The position numbers were made by a program, and so were the translations under genes. Below are positions 48,250 through 58,613 of a DNA stretch of 64,000 nucleotides, one piece after another. Under the pieces are notes generated by a model. It had not been told where the DNA came from and did not search any database. It was given only the letters and a program-made list of their open reading frames with translations. The DNA comes from Methanobrevibacter sp. (lineage in GTDB: Archaea > Methanobacteriota > Methanobacteria > Methanobacteriales > Methanobacteriaceae). The stretch is from NCBI GenBank assembly GCA_017434525.1, contig JAFRFD010000060.1:2287-66286 (forward strand), written 5' to 3'. Each line of letters opens with the position of its first letter. Positions within the stretch are counted from its first letter, which is position 1.

Positions 48250-50070
48250 ATGAAAGAAAAATACTTTAGATCCACGAACTCTAAATTAATATTGTATTTT
48301 ATGTACGGAGCAAAAATGTATTTCTTCCTTTGCATCGTCTTTGCTGCATTGAGTTCATTATTTGATATGATAGCTCCTCAAGTAATTCGAATCACAATTG
48401 ATAATGTGTTTGGAGAAATTGACCCTAAAAAAGGATCTATTATTTATGCAGTAATTGGTTTTCTGGGAGGAAAAAATTATTTAAAAGACAATTTATGGCT
48501 TCTAGCGCTGATTATCGTTATTTCATCAGTGCTCAAAGTTTTTAATCAGTATTTGTTCCGCGTAACAAATGCAAAAGCTTCTGAAACTTTTCTAAAAAAC
48601 ATGAGAGATAATCTCTTCATTCATATCGAAAAACTTCCGTATGAATGGCATACTTCCAATAAAACAGGGGATATTCTTCAGAGAACTACTACAGACGTAG
48701 AAACAGTAAAGAACTTTTTTACTGAGCAGCTCATATCATTGTTCAGAATTACTTTATTATTGTTTTCCTCCATATATTTCATGATTAGGATGAATCTTTC
48801 TCTGACACTTTTCTCGTTGATACCCATGCCTATTATTTTTACTTATTCATGGAGATATTTTAAGCAGGTAGGAGAAAGATTTAGAGAATGCGATGATAAT
48901 CAGGATATTTTATCAAGTATCTGCCAGGAGAATTTAACTGGTGTGCGTGTAGTAAAAGCATTTGGAAGAGAACAATATGAATTAGATAAATTCCAGAATC
49001 AAAATAAGATATATACCGCTTTATGGGAAAAGATGTCCCGTATTATGAGCCGATATTGGAGTACTGCTGATTTCCTCGCAGGAATGCAAGTAATGATCGT
49101 TGTAGTTATTGGAGCAGTATTCTGTGTTACGTCCCGAATGAGCTCAGGTGAATATATTGCTTTTGTAGCTTATAACTACAAATTAGTCTGGCCTATAAGA
49201 ATGCTGGGAAGAATGCTCTCTGAAATGAGCAAAGCCGGCGTATCAATAGATCGTATAAAACAAATTATGGATGTCGAGGAGGAGCATTATCATTCAGGTG
49301 ATAGACCTCCGATGAATTCTGATATAGTATTCGATCATGTCTCATTTTCTTATGGAAAAAACAAAGTGTTAAATGATATTTCGTTTACTGTTCCAGCAGG
49401 AAGTACTTTAGGTATATTAGGTGGAACCGGTTGTGGTAAGTCCACTTTAATGCTGCTTCTGGACAAGTTATATCTTCTAAAAAATGGAGAAGGTGAGATA
49501 AGAATAGGAAACGCTAATATCAGAGATATTGATACATCTTACCTTCGCTATAATATTGGTTTTGTTATGCAAGAACCTTTTCTCTTCTCCAGATCTATTG
49601 CTGAAAACATAAGTATTACAGATGGAAATATTGATATGGATACAATCAGACAAGCATCTCGTGCTGCTTGTCTGGATGATTCCGTCATGTCATTTACAAA
49701 AGGTTACGATACTTACGTAGGAGAAAGAGGAGTTACTCTGTCCGGAGGTCAGAAACAAAGGGTATCAATTGCCAGAATGGTCGTTCAAAATACTCCTATC
49801 ATGATATTTGATGATTCTTTCTCTGCTATTGATACTGAAACAGATATGAAGATCCGGCATTCTCTAGAAAAGATGTTTGGCTCAGCTACTATAATATTGA
49901 TTTCTCACAGACTTACTACCATATCAAAAGCAGATAATATCATTGTTATGGAGCAAGGAAAGATAGTAGAACGAGGCACACACACTGATTTAATACGTAA
50001 TGGGGGCATTTATCAAAAGATATATGAAATACAATCTGGGATAGAGGAGGCTGTAATGAATGAAAACTGA
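48250..50070 (+). CDS. ABC exporter half-transporter with a degenerate NBD
   Basis: TMD plus GGTGCGKS and LSGGQ; Walker B reads FDD (Glu replaced by Asp). Confidence 0.9.
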   Translation: MKEKYFRSTNSKLILYFMYGAKMYFFLCIVFAALSSLFDMIAPQVIRITIDNVFGEIDPKKGSIIYAVIGFLGGKNYLKDNLWLLALIIVISSVLKVFNQYLFRVTNAKASETFLKNMRDNLFIHIEKLPYEWHTSNKTGDILQRTTTDVETVKNFFTEQLISLFRITLLLFSSIYFMIRMNLSLTLFSLIPMPIIFTYSWRYFKQVGERFRECDDNQDILSSICQENLTGVRVVKAFGREQYELDKFQNQNKIYTALWEKMSRIMSRYWSTADFLAGMQVMIVVVIGAVFCVTSRMSSGEYIAFVAYNYKLVWPIRMLGRMLSEMSKAGVSIDRIKQIMDVEEEHYHSGDRPPMNSDIVFDHVSFSYGKNKVLNDISFTVPAGSTLGILGGTGCGKSTLMLLLDKLYLLKNGEGEIRIGNANIRDIDTSYLRYNIGFVMQEPFLFSRSIAENISITDGNIDMDTIRQASRAACLDDSVMSFTKGYDTYVGERGVTLSGGQKQRVSIARMVVQNTPIMIFDDSFSAIDTETDMKIRHSLEKMFGSATIILISHRLTTISKADNIIVMEQGKIVERGTHTDLIRNGGIYQKIYEIQSGIEEAVMNEN

Positions 50071-51868
50071 AAAAAAAGAAACACGCCTTCCGTTCTTCGG
50101 GATTGGGCAAATACTTCCATTTCTTAAAAAATACAGAAACAAAGCAATAATTATGATTATTCTTGGCTTCATAGGAAGCGGAATTGATATCTTATGGCCT
50201 ATCTATAATTCCTATGTATTGGATAATTATGTTAACCAAAATACGATAAAAGGAATTGGATGGTTTGTTATAGCTTATATTGTCACTGCTGCTCTATCAT
50301 CTTTTGTAAATTACATTTCATGTTCATATGCAATGCAGATTGAAGTTAATGTTAACAAAGATCTTAGAAACACTGTATTCAAACATCTGCAAACTTTATC
50401 TTTTGCGTTCTTTAATCAGAACAGTGTAGGGTATATCCATTCCAGAGTTATGAGTGATACTTCAAGAATAGGAACACTTATTTCCTGGTCATTGATGGAT
50501 AGTGTATGGCACCTTTCATATTTAGTTGGTGTAATCGTAGTAATGTTTGCTGTTAATGCAAAGCTTACACTACTTATAGTTACAATCATTCCAGTAATAG
50601 TCATTCTGTTTTCAGTTTTTCAGGATAGTCTGATTAAAGTTAATAGAGAAGTCAGAGAAATCAATTCGCAGATCACGGGTGATCTGAACGAAGCAATAAC
50701 TGGTGCTAAAACAATTAAATCTCTTGTTATAGAAGATAAAATGTTCTCAGATTTTGAGAAAGACACTTCTCTAATGAAGCACAAAGCTATAAACGCTGCC
50801 AGGATAAGAGGAGCGTTCCAAGTAACATTAAATATGGCATCTTCTTTAGCACTATCCATAGTTTTGTGGAAAGGAGGGTATTTAGCTGCAGAAGATGTAG
50901 GCACTTTCTCACTGTTTATGACATATGCTGAAGGAATGATGGAACCAGTTAGATGGATCATTGATGCCATATCCGACCTTGTTACTACACAAGTCAACAT
51001 AGAAAGATATGCCAAAATATTGAATACTGATTCCGATGTTAAAGACTCAGAACACGTTATTGATTTATATGGTGATATATTCGAGCCTAAAAAGAATTCA
51101 TGGGAAGAGATAAAAGGAGATATCGAGTTCTGTGATGTATCTTTTAAATATCCGGATGGTGATGAATATGTTCTTGAGCATTTTGACCTAAAAATCCCTC
51201 TAGGTACAAACGTGGCTATTGTCGGAGAAACCGGAGCCGGAAAGTCAACTTTAGCAAATCTTATTTGCAGATTCTACGAGCCTACGTCCGGTTGCATAAA
51301 GCTAGACGGAAAAGATCTTAGAGAAAGATCTCAGTTATGGTTACATTCATCTATTGGTTTTGTCCAACAAACACCCCATCTTTTCTCCGGGACAATTCGT
51401 GATAATCTTTTATATGGAAATCCAAATGCTACTGATGAGCAAATAAATAATGCTTTAGAACTCGTTTCAGCTAAGGATTTAGTCGAATCTTTGAATAAAG
51501 GATTAGATACAGATATTGGAGAGGGTGGCGATACTTTATCTACAGGTGAAAAGCAGTTGATAGCTTTTGCCCGTGCTATTATTTCAGAGCCCAAAATTCT
51601 TATTCTGGATGAAGCAACTGCTAATATAGATACGGTAATTGAACAGAAGATTCAAAGCGCGATAGATAAAATAATAGCTGGAAGAACATCAATAGTGATC
51701 GCTCACCGGTTATCTACAATAAAAAATGCTGATATTATTCTTGTAGTAAAGGACGGAAAGATTATAGAAACCGGTACTCACAAGGACCTTATAAAAGCAA
51801 AAGGATATTATTATAATTTATACACAAAACAATATGAGGACGAAGCGACATCTGCTTTATTAGAGTAA
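50060..51868 (+). CDS. ABC exporter half-transporter with a consensus catalytic site
   Basis: TMD plus GETGAGKS, LSTGE, LDEAT and IAHRL; heterodimer partner of the upstream gene. Confidence 0.9.
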   Translation: MKTEKKETRLPFFGIGQILPFLKKYRNKAIIMIILGFIGSGIDILWPIYNSYVLDNYVNQNTIKGIGWFVIAYIVTAALSSFVNYISCSYAMQIEVNVNKDLRNTVFKHLQTLSFAFFNQNSVGYIHSRVMSDTSRIGTLISWSLMDSVWHLSYLVGVIVVMFAVNAKLTLLIVTIIPVIVILFSVFQDSLIKVNREVREINSQITGDLNEAITGAKTIKSLVIEDKMFSDFEKDTSLMKHKAINAARIRGAFQVTLNMASSLALSIVLWKGGYLAAEDVGTFSLFMTYAEGMMEPVRWIIDAISDLVTTQVNIERYAKILNTDSDVKDSEHVIDLYGDIFEPKKNSWEEIKGDIEFCDVSFKYPDGDEYVLEHFDLKIPLGTNVAIVGETGAGKSTLANLICRFYEPTSGCIKLDGKDLRERSQLWLHSSIGFVQQTPHLFSGTIRDNLLYGNPNATDEQINNALELVSAKDLVESLNKGLDTDIGEGGDTLSTGEKQLIAFARAIISEPKILILDEATANIDTVIEQKIQSAIDKIIAGRTSIVIAHRLSTIKNADIILVVKDGKIIETGTHKDLIKAKGYYYNLYTKQYEDEATSALLE

Positions 51869-51928
51869 ATTTTATATTTGTGATAATATATACTACATAG
51901 AAAGTATAAATATGGAGGTGTACGATTT

Positions 51929-52120
51929 ATGAAGATTTTAGATATCAAGAATAAGAAAAAAACAGAAAAAGAACTTGCAAATAAACGCCTCGAAGCCGTC
52001 GTAGCTGCTGGTGCAGGCATGGCTGTATTAGTAATTGGTGTTTCTTTGCTTACAGCTTTCTATGCAAAAACATTAATGGATATCAACTATATTGAAGAAA
52101 GTGATGTGTATGACGACTAA
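51929..52120 (+). CDS. Small single-TM hypothetical protein
   Basis: Strong GGAGGTG SD; basic N-terminus, one TM and an acidic C-terminus. Confidence 0.65.
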   Translation: MKILDIKNKKKTEKELANKRLEAVVAAGAGMAVLVIGVSLLTAFYAKTLMDINYIEESDVYDD

Positions 52121-52140
52121 TCGTTATACATTTTATTGTA

Positions 52141-53787
52141 ATGAATAAAAAACCTTACTATGACGGCAAACAGTATTTTACTGTACGTGATATCCTAAAC
52201 AGTGCTGTGAAAGATGCACCTGATACTGACGCATATCAGTACAGAATAGGGAAAAGCGAAGAGATTCAGCATGTATCTTTTTATTCTTTCAATGAAGACA
52301 CTGAAAACTTGGGAGCTGCTTTAGTTGATTTAGGATATGGATCTTCTCATATTGCTTGTATGAGTGAAAATCGTTATGAATGGATAGTAGCTTATCTTAC
52401 GGTACTCAAGAGCGCAGGTGTTTTTGTACCTATTGATAAAGAATTGCCAACAAATGATAAACGAAATGTTATAAACAACAGCGAAAGCGAAGTCTTATTT
52501 TTCAGTGGCAAATATGCAAATTGGGTCCATGATAACAAATCATATCTTCCCCAAATAAAACTGTTTATTTGTTTTGATGATCAGGCCATTGATACGGTTT
52601 TTTTAAGTTATAAGACTTTAGTCGAAAAAGGGTCCAAGCTGTCACGAGATGAATATGATTCTCTTGTATCTGATGAATATGCCCTGAAGCTTCTCGTTTA
52701 TACCAGTGGAACTACAGGGATTGCTAAAGGTGTTATGCTCACAGAACATAATATATGCTCTTTAATTTATTATGGCTTAGAGTTAACAGGATTATACGAC
52801 AGAGGTTTGTCTGTTCTTCCGTATCATCATACTTATGAAGCTGTAACCGATATTATTGGTTCTATCAGATATCATTCGACACTATGTATTAACAATTCAC
52901 TTAAAGACTTAGTTAAAGATCTTCAGTTGTATAAACCAAGTTACATTTTTATCGTTCCTGCTTTAGGTGAATTTTTGATATCCAGTATCCGGAAAAATAT
53001 CAAAAAGCAGGGAAAGGAAAAAGAATTTAATGCAGCTATAAGGCTGTCCAAATCATTTTTAGCGTTAGGAATAGATATGAGACCGTATCTGTTTCAGTCA
53101 CTAAGAAATGTTTTTGGTGGTCGAATGATAAAGATTATATGCGGTGGAGCTCCGATTCGTCCTGAATTAGGTCAATTTTTTGAGACTATAGGCATTTATC
53201 TTATTGGTGGCTATGGAATCACAGAATGTTCACCTCTTGTATCTGTTAATGATGAGAAAACGGTTACTTATACTACAGTTGGACATAGATTAAGATGCTT
53301 GAAATGGATGATTGATTCTCCGAATGAAGACGGTATCGGTGAAATATGTGTTAAAGGCGATACTGTTATGAAAGGATATTTTAAAAATCCTTCAGCCACT
53401 AGCGAGGCAATTATTGATGGCTGGTTTCATACCGGGGATTATGGCTATCTTGATGAAAAAGATCAGCTTATCATTACAGGGCGTAAGAAGAATATTATCG
53501 TTTTGAGCAATGGCAAGAATATCTATCCTGAAGAAATTGAGAATTATATTATGAATATTCCTTATATTCAGGAAGTTGTTGTTAAAGGGGTTAAAAACGA
53601 TAAAGGCGAAGAGTATACTCTTGGTGCTGAAGTATATTTGTCTGAAGATCGTGATAAAGCTGTAATCCTTTCTGACATCCAAGATCAGCTACAAGAACTA
53701 CCAAACTACAAACTTATTACACAAGTTGAAGTTCGATCTGAACCTTTTGACAAGACCAGTTCCAACAAAATAAAACGCCATAGTTAA
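52141..53787 (+). CDS. fadD: Long-chain fatty acid-CoA ligase (AMP-binding)
   Basis: YTSGTTGIAKG, GYGITE, GWFHTGD and GRKKN..GKNIYPEE motifs. Confidence 0.85.
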   Translation: MNKKPYYDGKQYFTVRDILNSAVKDAPDTDAYQYRIGKSEEIQHVSFYSFNEDTENLGAALVDLGYGSSHIACMSENRYEWIVAYLTVLKSAGVFVPIDKELPTNDKRNVINNSESEVLFFSGKYANWVHDNKSYLPQIKLFICFDDQAIDTVFLSYKTLVEKGSKLSRDEYDSLVSDEYALKLLVYTSGTTGIAKGVMLTEHNICSLIYYGLELTGLYDRGLSVLPYHHTYEAVTDIIGSIRYHSTLCINNSLKDLVKDLQLYKPSYIFIVPALGEFLISSIRKNIKKQGKEKEFNAAIRLSKSFLALGIDMRPYLFQSLRNVFGGRMIKIICGGAPIRPELGQFFETIGIYLIGGYGITECSPLVSVNDEKTVTYTTVGHRLRCLKWMIDSPNEDGIGEICVKGDTVMKGYFKNPSATSEAIIDGWFHTGDYGYLDEKDQLIITGRKKNIIVLSNGKNIYPEEIENYIMNIPYIQEVVVKGVKNDKGEEYTLGAEVYLSEDRDKAVILSDIQDQLQELPNYKLITQVEVRSEPFDKTSSNKIKRHS

Positions 53788-53822
53788 AGAAAAAAGCCAC
53801 ATTAAGTGTGGCTCTTTTCTTT
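53788..53822. terminator. Bidirectional terminator between fadD and the GH25 gene
   Basis: AAAAAAGCCAC...GTGGCTCTTTT between convergent genes. Confidence 0.7.
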
Positions 53823-53833
53823 ATATCTTTTAT

Positions 53834-54730
53834 TTATTTTATAACTGATGTTATTTTCTCATCTAATGCTATATTTAAGTCAACATCAGTATCAATACCG
53901 TCAATTTTACCTGTACATGAATACTGCCAGATCTCATAGTGATAATAATATGTCGGTTTATCTGCGAATTGAGCTAACCAAATCATTTTTTCACCAAACT
54001 GATCCATATCGTAGATCATATACGAAGTATAAAGATTGAAATATACCATACAATCAAAACCATGTTGATGAATTCTTTCATAGAATGCATCAGCACATTT
54101 TGACATTGTTTCTTGTGTAATATTTGCTGTACGGGCAGTTTCGGAGACATACTCCCAATCAAATACAATTGGAAGATCCAGTTCTTTGTCTTTAAGTAAA
54201 GATACAACAAAATCTGCTTCTTCAGCAGCTTCTGATTCATTGATCGACTGTGAGAAAAAGTATACTCCTATACTTAATCCTGCATTTTTTGCTCCTTCAT
54301 AATTTGTTTCAAAATAAGGATCGATAAATAATCCTCCTTCTGTATTACCTCTGTATCCTGCACGTATAAAAACGAAATCAATACCACTTGCTTTTACTTT
54401 GTTCCAGTCAATGTCTTTCTGAAACGAGGAGACATCAATCCCTAAACATGTTTTTACTGACGGATCATTGTAATGCATAAATCCGGAGTCATCTGTTTCA
54501 AAGAGTTCTGGATTCCATATATTGCGCTGTATATCTTCTGCAACCTCTATTTCGTTTGAAGAGAAGAAGATGAGTTTATGCTCACCAAACAATTTGTCGA
54601 AATCTAATCCATTATTATGCGTTGGGAGAAACAGTTTTCTAATAAGAAAAACAGTTAAGCAAATCAGAAGAACACAAAAAGCTAGTCTTCTGATAATATA
54701 ACTTTTCTTTTTTTTCTCATTAGAGGCCAT
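53834..54730 (-). CDS. Membrane-anchored GH25 lysozyme/muramidase
   Basis: GIDVSSFQ, FIRAGYRG, GVYFFSQ, FDWE, WQYS and VDLN motifs; N-terminal TM; GGAG SD before the ATG at 54730. Confidence 0.9.
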   Translation of the reverse strand: MASNEKKKKSYIIRRLAFCVLLICLTVFLIRKLFLPTHNNGLDFDKLFGEHKLIFFSSNEIEVAEDIQRNIWNPELFETDDSGFMHYNDPSVKTCLGIDVSSFQKDIDWNKVKASGIDFVFIRAGYRGNTEGGLFIDPYFETNYEGAKNAGLSIGVYFFSQSINESEAAEEADFVVSLLKDKELDLPIVFDWEYVSETARTANITQETMSKCADAFYERIHQHGFDCMVYFNLYTSYMIYDMDQFGEKMIWLAQFADKPTYYYHYEIWQYSCTGKIDGIDTDVDLNIALDEKITSVIK

Positions 54731-54882
54731 TTTTTTCTCCGATATGTTATTCAATTTATATAGTAAGATATACTACTTTCAATGTCTATTAATATCATTT
54801 GCTTGATAACAATATATTAAAATGATATACTCTTTTCCGCACCGTTTATTAATTAGAATTAAATAAAAATTAAGGAGTTTAT

Positions 54883-56010
54883 ATGAGTCACGTAACTTTT
54901 CCATATTTGGGAATTGAAATGGATATAAACCGTGTCGCATTCTCTATTGGCGATTTCCCAGTATACTGGTATGGAATCCTGATAGCTTTGGGAATGTTGA
55001 TCGGAATAACACTAGCTCAGAAAAATGCAAAATTAGTTGGTCTTAATGACGATGATGTATTAGATGTAATTCTTGTAGCAGCAGTAGTTGCAGTTTTATC
55101 CGGCAGAGCTTTTTATGTATTATTTGCTTCTGATTATCATGTCTCAAATATCAAGGAATTTTTAAATCTTAGAGGCGGCGGAACTGCGTTCTATGGTGTT
55201 CTTTTAGGCGCTATGATTACATGTGTTATTATGTGCAAAATAAAGAAAATGCCCATTTTGCCGTTTATGGATAATCTTGGAATTGGCTTCCTGATTGGAC
55301 AGGGAATTGGTAGATGGGGAAATTTCTTTAATCAGGAATTGTTTGGGACAAATACTGATCTTCCTTGGGCAATGTACAGTGACACTATATCCAGATATGT
55401 CAGTTATAATGCTGAACGACTAAATACTGAACACGGAATAGTTCTAAACGATGCTCCTGTTCATCCTACTTTTTTATATGAAAGTATTTGGTGCTTTATA
55501 GGTTTCTTTATCTTATACAGACTGTTAAAGAAAAGAAGATTTGATGGGGAAGTGTTCTTAACCTATCTTATATGGAATGGTATAGGACGTGCATTTATTG
55601 AACAATTACGTACAGATGCACTATTCTTAGGAAGGATCCGCATCTCTCAGTTTGTCTGCACTCTGTTGGCTACTCTGGCATTAGTTGCATTGATTATTAT
55701 TCGTGCATCGATTAGAAGATATAACGATGATGAGTATCTCATGACTTATGCTAAACGTTTGGAATTAGCTGATATTGATAATGAAGAAGCTGATTCAGAG
55801 AATAGTGAAGACGAAAAGCCGGATGCAGATGTCGTTGAAGAGGATGATATCAATGAATCTAATATTGATCATTCTCAAGAATCTGACGAAATAGAATCTG
55901 ATTCTGAAGAAGAATCTGAAATAACTGTCTCTGAATCAACCGAAGTTATCGAAGCAGATAATTTTGAGGGATTGGATCAGGAAGATACTTCAACAGAAGA
56001 AAACAGTTGA
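54883..56010 (+). CDS. lgt: Prolipoprotein diacylglyceryl transferase with an acidic C-terminal tail
   Basis: YWYG, GQGIGRWGNFFNQE and HPTFLYES motifs. Confidence 0.95.
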   Translation: MSHVTFPYLGIEMDINRVAFSIGDFPVYWYGILIALGMLIGITLAQKNAKLVGLNDDDVLDVILVAAVVAVLSGRAFYVLFASDYHVSNIKEFLNLRGGGTAFYGVLLGAMITCVIMCKIKKMPILPFMDNLGIGFLIGQGIGRWGNFFNQELFGTNTDLPWAMYSDTISRYVSYNAERLNTEHGIVLNDAPVHPTFLYESIWCFIGFFILYRLLKKRRFDGEVFLTYLIWNGIGRAFIEQLRTDALFLGRIRISQFVCTLLATLALVALIIIRASIRRYNDDEYLMTYAKRLELADIDNEEADSENSEDEKPDADVVEEDDINESNIDHSQESDEIESDSEEESEITVSESTEVIEADNFEGLDQEDTSTEENS

Positions 56011-56048
56011 AAAGACGACAGTCAAAGTATATAATAATTTGGTCCGAC

Positions 56049-56126
56049 GGTGGGTATAGCTCAGTTGGTTAGAGTACCAGGTTGTGGCCCTGGGGGTCGT
56101 GGGTTCGAGTCCCACTACCCACCCCA
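56049..56126 (+). tRNA. tRNA-His(GTG)
   Basis: Encoded G-1 and C73; anticodon arm CCAGG-TT-GTG-GC-CCTGG; promoter TTGAAA-17-TATAAT at 56007..56035 overlaps the lgt stop codon. Confidence 0.96.
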
Positions 56127-56159
56127 AAAAAGATGCTCCATATAATGAGCATCTTTTTT
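56126..56159 (+). terminator. Terminator after tRNA-His
   Basis: AAAAAAGATGCTC-N8-GAGCATCTTTTTT. Confidence 0.85.
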
Positions 56160-56236
56160 CATCTCTATCAGAACGCTATTATTTTCTAGACTTGGAGTGT
56201 TTTTTCTGTTATTTTATTTATTGCTAGATGTGATTT

Positions 56237-56312
56237 AGGGCTGTAGCCAAGGGGTAAGGCAACGGACTTTGACTCCGTCATTCCGCTGGTTCAAATCCAG
56301 CCAGCCCTGCCA
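56237..56312 (+). tRNA. tRNA-Gln(TTG)
   Basis: Anticodon arm ACGGA-CT-TTG-AC-TCCGT; ends GCCA. Confidence 0.95.
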
Positions 56313-56370
56313 TTTCAGAGCAGTCATCACATGGGTGACTGCTCTATTAAATATATTGGAGTGTTGATTT

Positions 56371-57381
56371 ATGAGAGTATTAGTGACAGGTGGAACAGGA
56401 TATATTGGTTCACATACAGTAGTTTCATTAATCGAAAATGGACATGATGTGGTTATCGTAGATAATTTATCTAACAGTAAGATAAGTGTATTGGACAGAC
56501 TTTATCAGATCACTAATCATAATATCGATTTTGAAAAAATTGATTTATTGGATATCGACCTTTTAGATGAGGTGTTCGTGAAATACTCCATAGACTGCGT
56601 AATTCATTTTGCAGCGTTTAAAGCAGTTGGCGAATCTCAAGAGAAACCGATAGAGTATTACAAGAACAATATCGGCGGACTATTAAATGTTCTTCAATGT
56701 ATGAGAAAGCATAATGTTTTCAAACTCGTTTTTAGCTCTAGTGCTTGTGTATACGGTACTCCTGATTGCTGTCCTATACCAGAAACAGCTCCAATCAGAC
56801 CTCAAAATGTATATGGCCGAACAAAAGCTATTTGTGAGGATATTCTGAAAGATACTTCCAATGCTGATAACAGGTTTTCATTTGCTATATTGAGATACTT
56901 TAATCCTATCGGCGCTCATGAAAGCGGTTTGATCGGAGAAGCACCAAATGGTATACCAAACAATCTTATGCCGTATATAACCCAAGTTGCCGCTGGAATT
57001 CGGGAAAAACTTACAGTATTCGGTAACGATTATCCTACTGAAGATGGAACAGGAGTCAGGGATTATATCCATGTCTGCGATCTGGCTGATGGACATGTTG
57101 CAGTGCTGAATTGGCTCGACAATAATAAAGGATATTGTATATATAATCTTGGATGCGGCAGGGGATATTCAGTCTTAGAACTTATCAATACATTTGAAAA
57201 AGTAAATGATATAAAAGTCAACTATGTAATTGGCCCAAGAAGATCCGGCGATGCTGCAACATGCTTCTCAGATCCAAGTAAAGCTAATAATGAGTTGAAT
57301 TGGAAAGCTGTTAAAACAGTAGAAGATATGTGCCGTGATTCCTGGAAATGGGAATGCTATGCTCGCAGTTCCAACCTTTAA
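56371..57381 (+). CDS. galE: UDP-glucose 4-epimerase
   Basis: GGTGYIGSH, FSSSA.VYG, YGRTK, LRYFNP and GVRDYIHV motifs. Confidence 0.96.
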   Translation: MRVLVTGGTGYIGSHTVVSLIENGHDVVIVDNLSNSKISVLDRLYQITNHNIDFEKIDLLDIDLLDEVFVKYSIDCVIHFAAFKAVGESQEKPIEYYKNNIGGLLNVLQCMRKHNVFKLVFSSSACVYGTPDCCPIPETAPIRPQNVYGRTKAICEDILKDTSNADNRFSFAILRYFNPIGAHESGLIGEAPNGIPNNLMPYITQVAAGIREKLTVFGNDYPTEDGTGVRDYIHVCDLADGHVAVLNWLDNNKGYCIYNLGCGRGYSVLELINTFEKVNDIKVNYVIGPRRSGDAATCFSDPSKANNELNWKAVKTVEDMCRDSWKWECYARSSNL

Positions 57382-57429
57382 TTTGTAGTTGACACAGAAA
57401 TACCCTTTATATATAATTACTCAAGTTGA

Positions 57430-57505
<76 letters not shown>

Positions 57506-57506
<1 letters not shown>

Positions 57507-57550
57507 AACCCTGTGGTTAGGATATTATCCTTATCCACAGGGTTTATTTT
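57506..57550. terminator. Terminator between tRNA-Arg and ansA
   Basis: AAACCCTGTGG...CCACAGGGTTT followed by ATTTT. Confidence 0.75.
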
Positions 57551-57569
57551 ATAGTTATTTGATTTACTA

Positions 57570-58577
57570 CTATCTGCTCAATTCGCCTCGAAGATTCTCA
57601 TTCATTATTCTAAGTATATTATCTCGAGCATATCCTTTACTAAATAGATAATATAGTTTAGCCATTGCAGCTTCCGTAGTCATATCCATTCCACTTACAC
57701 CACCTATATTATCAAAAACAGCACTTGCTTCATACTGTCCGATTATTACCGATCCTGCAGGACACTGTGAACAAATTACGTAAATAGTATCATTCTCGTT
57801 AAGTTCAATAGAAGATATAAAATTACTCGATCCTCCAGGTATGTTTCCAGCTCCAAAAGTCTCAATAATAACGCCTTTGTAGTTTTTGTTCAGAATATCA
57901 TGATAATATCTAAAATCAATTCCAGGATATACTTTGATAACTGCTATAGGCCACTCTTCAAGGAACTGAACATTCAAAGGTTCAGTAACAGGAGAACTCT
58001 GTGTTATATTATTAAAGTAATGGATCTTGATTGCTGCTTCTGCCAATAAGGGATAGTTAGGTGAAACGAACGCTATTAGTCCTTCAGAAGAGTATTTTGT
58101 TGCCCTGTTTCCTCTGATCAGATTACCTCCAAAGTATATGCAGACTTCGTTAGCTATACCTTCTGAGGCAATGATCATGGAAGTAATAAGGTTATCCTTC
58201 GCATCGTTTCTTAATTCATTTAACGGAATCTGCGATCCGGTTAAGACTACTGGTTTATTAAGATTCTCAAACATAAATGAAAGCGCAGCAGCAGTATAAG
58301 CCATTGTATCTGTTCCGTGCAAAACTACAAATCCGTCATATTCTAAGTAATTTTCTTGTATAATTCCCGCAATTGAATTCCAATCTGATACTCCTATATT
58401 TGACGAGTCCTTTACCTCATTCAACTGGTAAAAATCCCATAAAGGCATCTTTTCATCATGAAGTTCAGGGATCTTATTTAACATATCATCAAGAAGATTA
58501 TAGGCCGGTGCATAACCTTTATCGGTTAGGATCATACCGATAGTCCCGCCTGTATAGATTAATAAAACTTTATTCAT
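57570..58577 (-). CDS. ansA: Type I (cytoplasmic) L-asparaginase
   Basis: YTGGTIGM, HGTDTM, TGSQ and NLRGE motifs; GAGGT SD before the ATG at 58577. Confidence 0.93.
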   Translation of the reverse strand: MNKVLLIYTGGTIGMILTDKGYAPAYNLLDDMLNKIPELHDEKMPLWDFYQLNEVKDSSNIGVSDWNSIAGIIQENYLEYDGFVVLHGTDTMAYTAAALSFMFENLNKPVVLTGSQIPLNELRNDAKDNLITSMIIASEGIANEVCIYFGGNLIRGNRATKYSSEGLIAFVSPNYPLLAEAAIKIHYFNNITQSSPVTEPLNVQFLEEWPIAVIKVYPGIDFRYYHDILNKNYKGVIIETFGAGNIPGGSSNFISSIELNENDTIYVICSQCPAGSVIIGQYEASAVFDNIGGVSGMDMTTEAAMAKLYYLFSKGYARDNILRIMNENLRGELSR

Positions 58578-58613
58578 TACATTACCTCTATTTTTACTGA
58601 TAAGGAAACATGA

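Noticed and set aside
53834-54730. GH25 lysozyme as a phage endolysin
   Set aside because: It has an N-terminal membrane anchor, and no holin or phage genes are nearby; likely a host autolysin.
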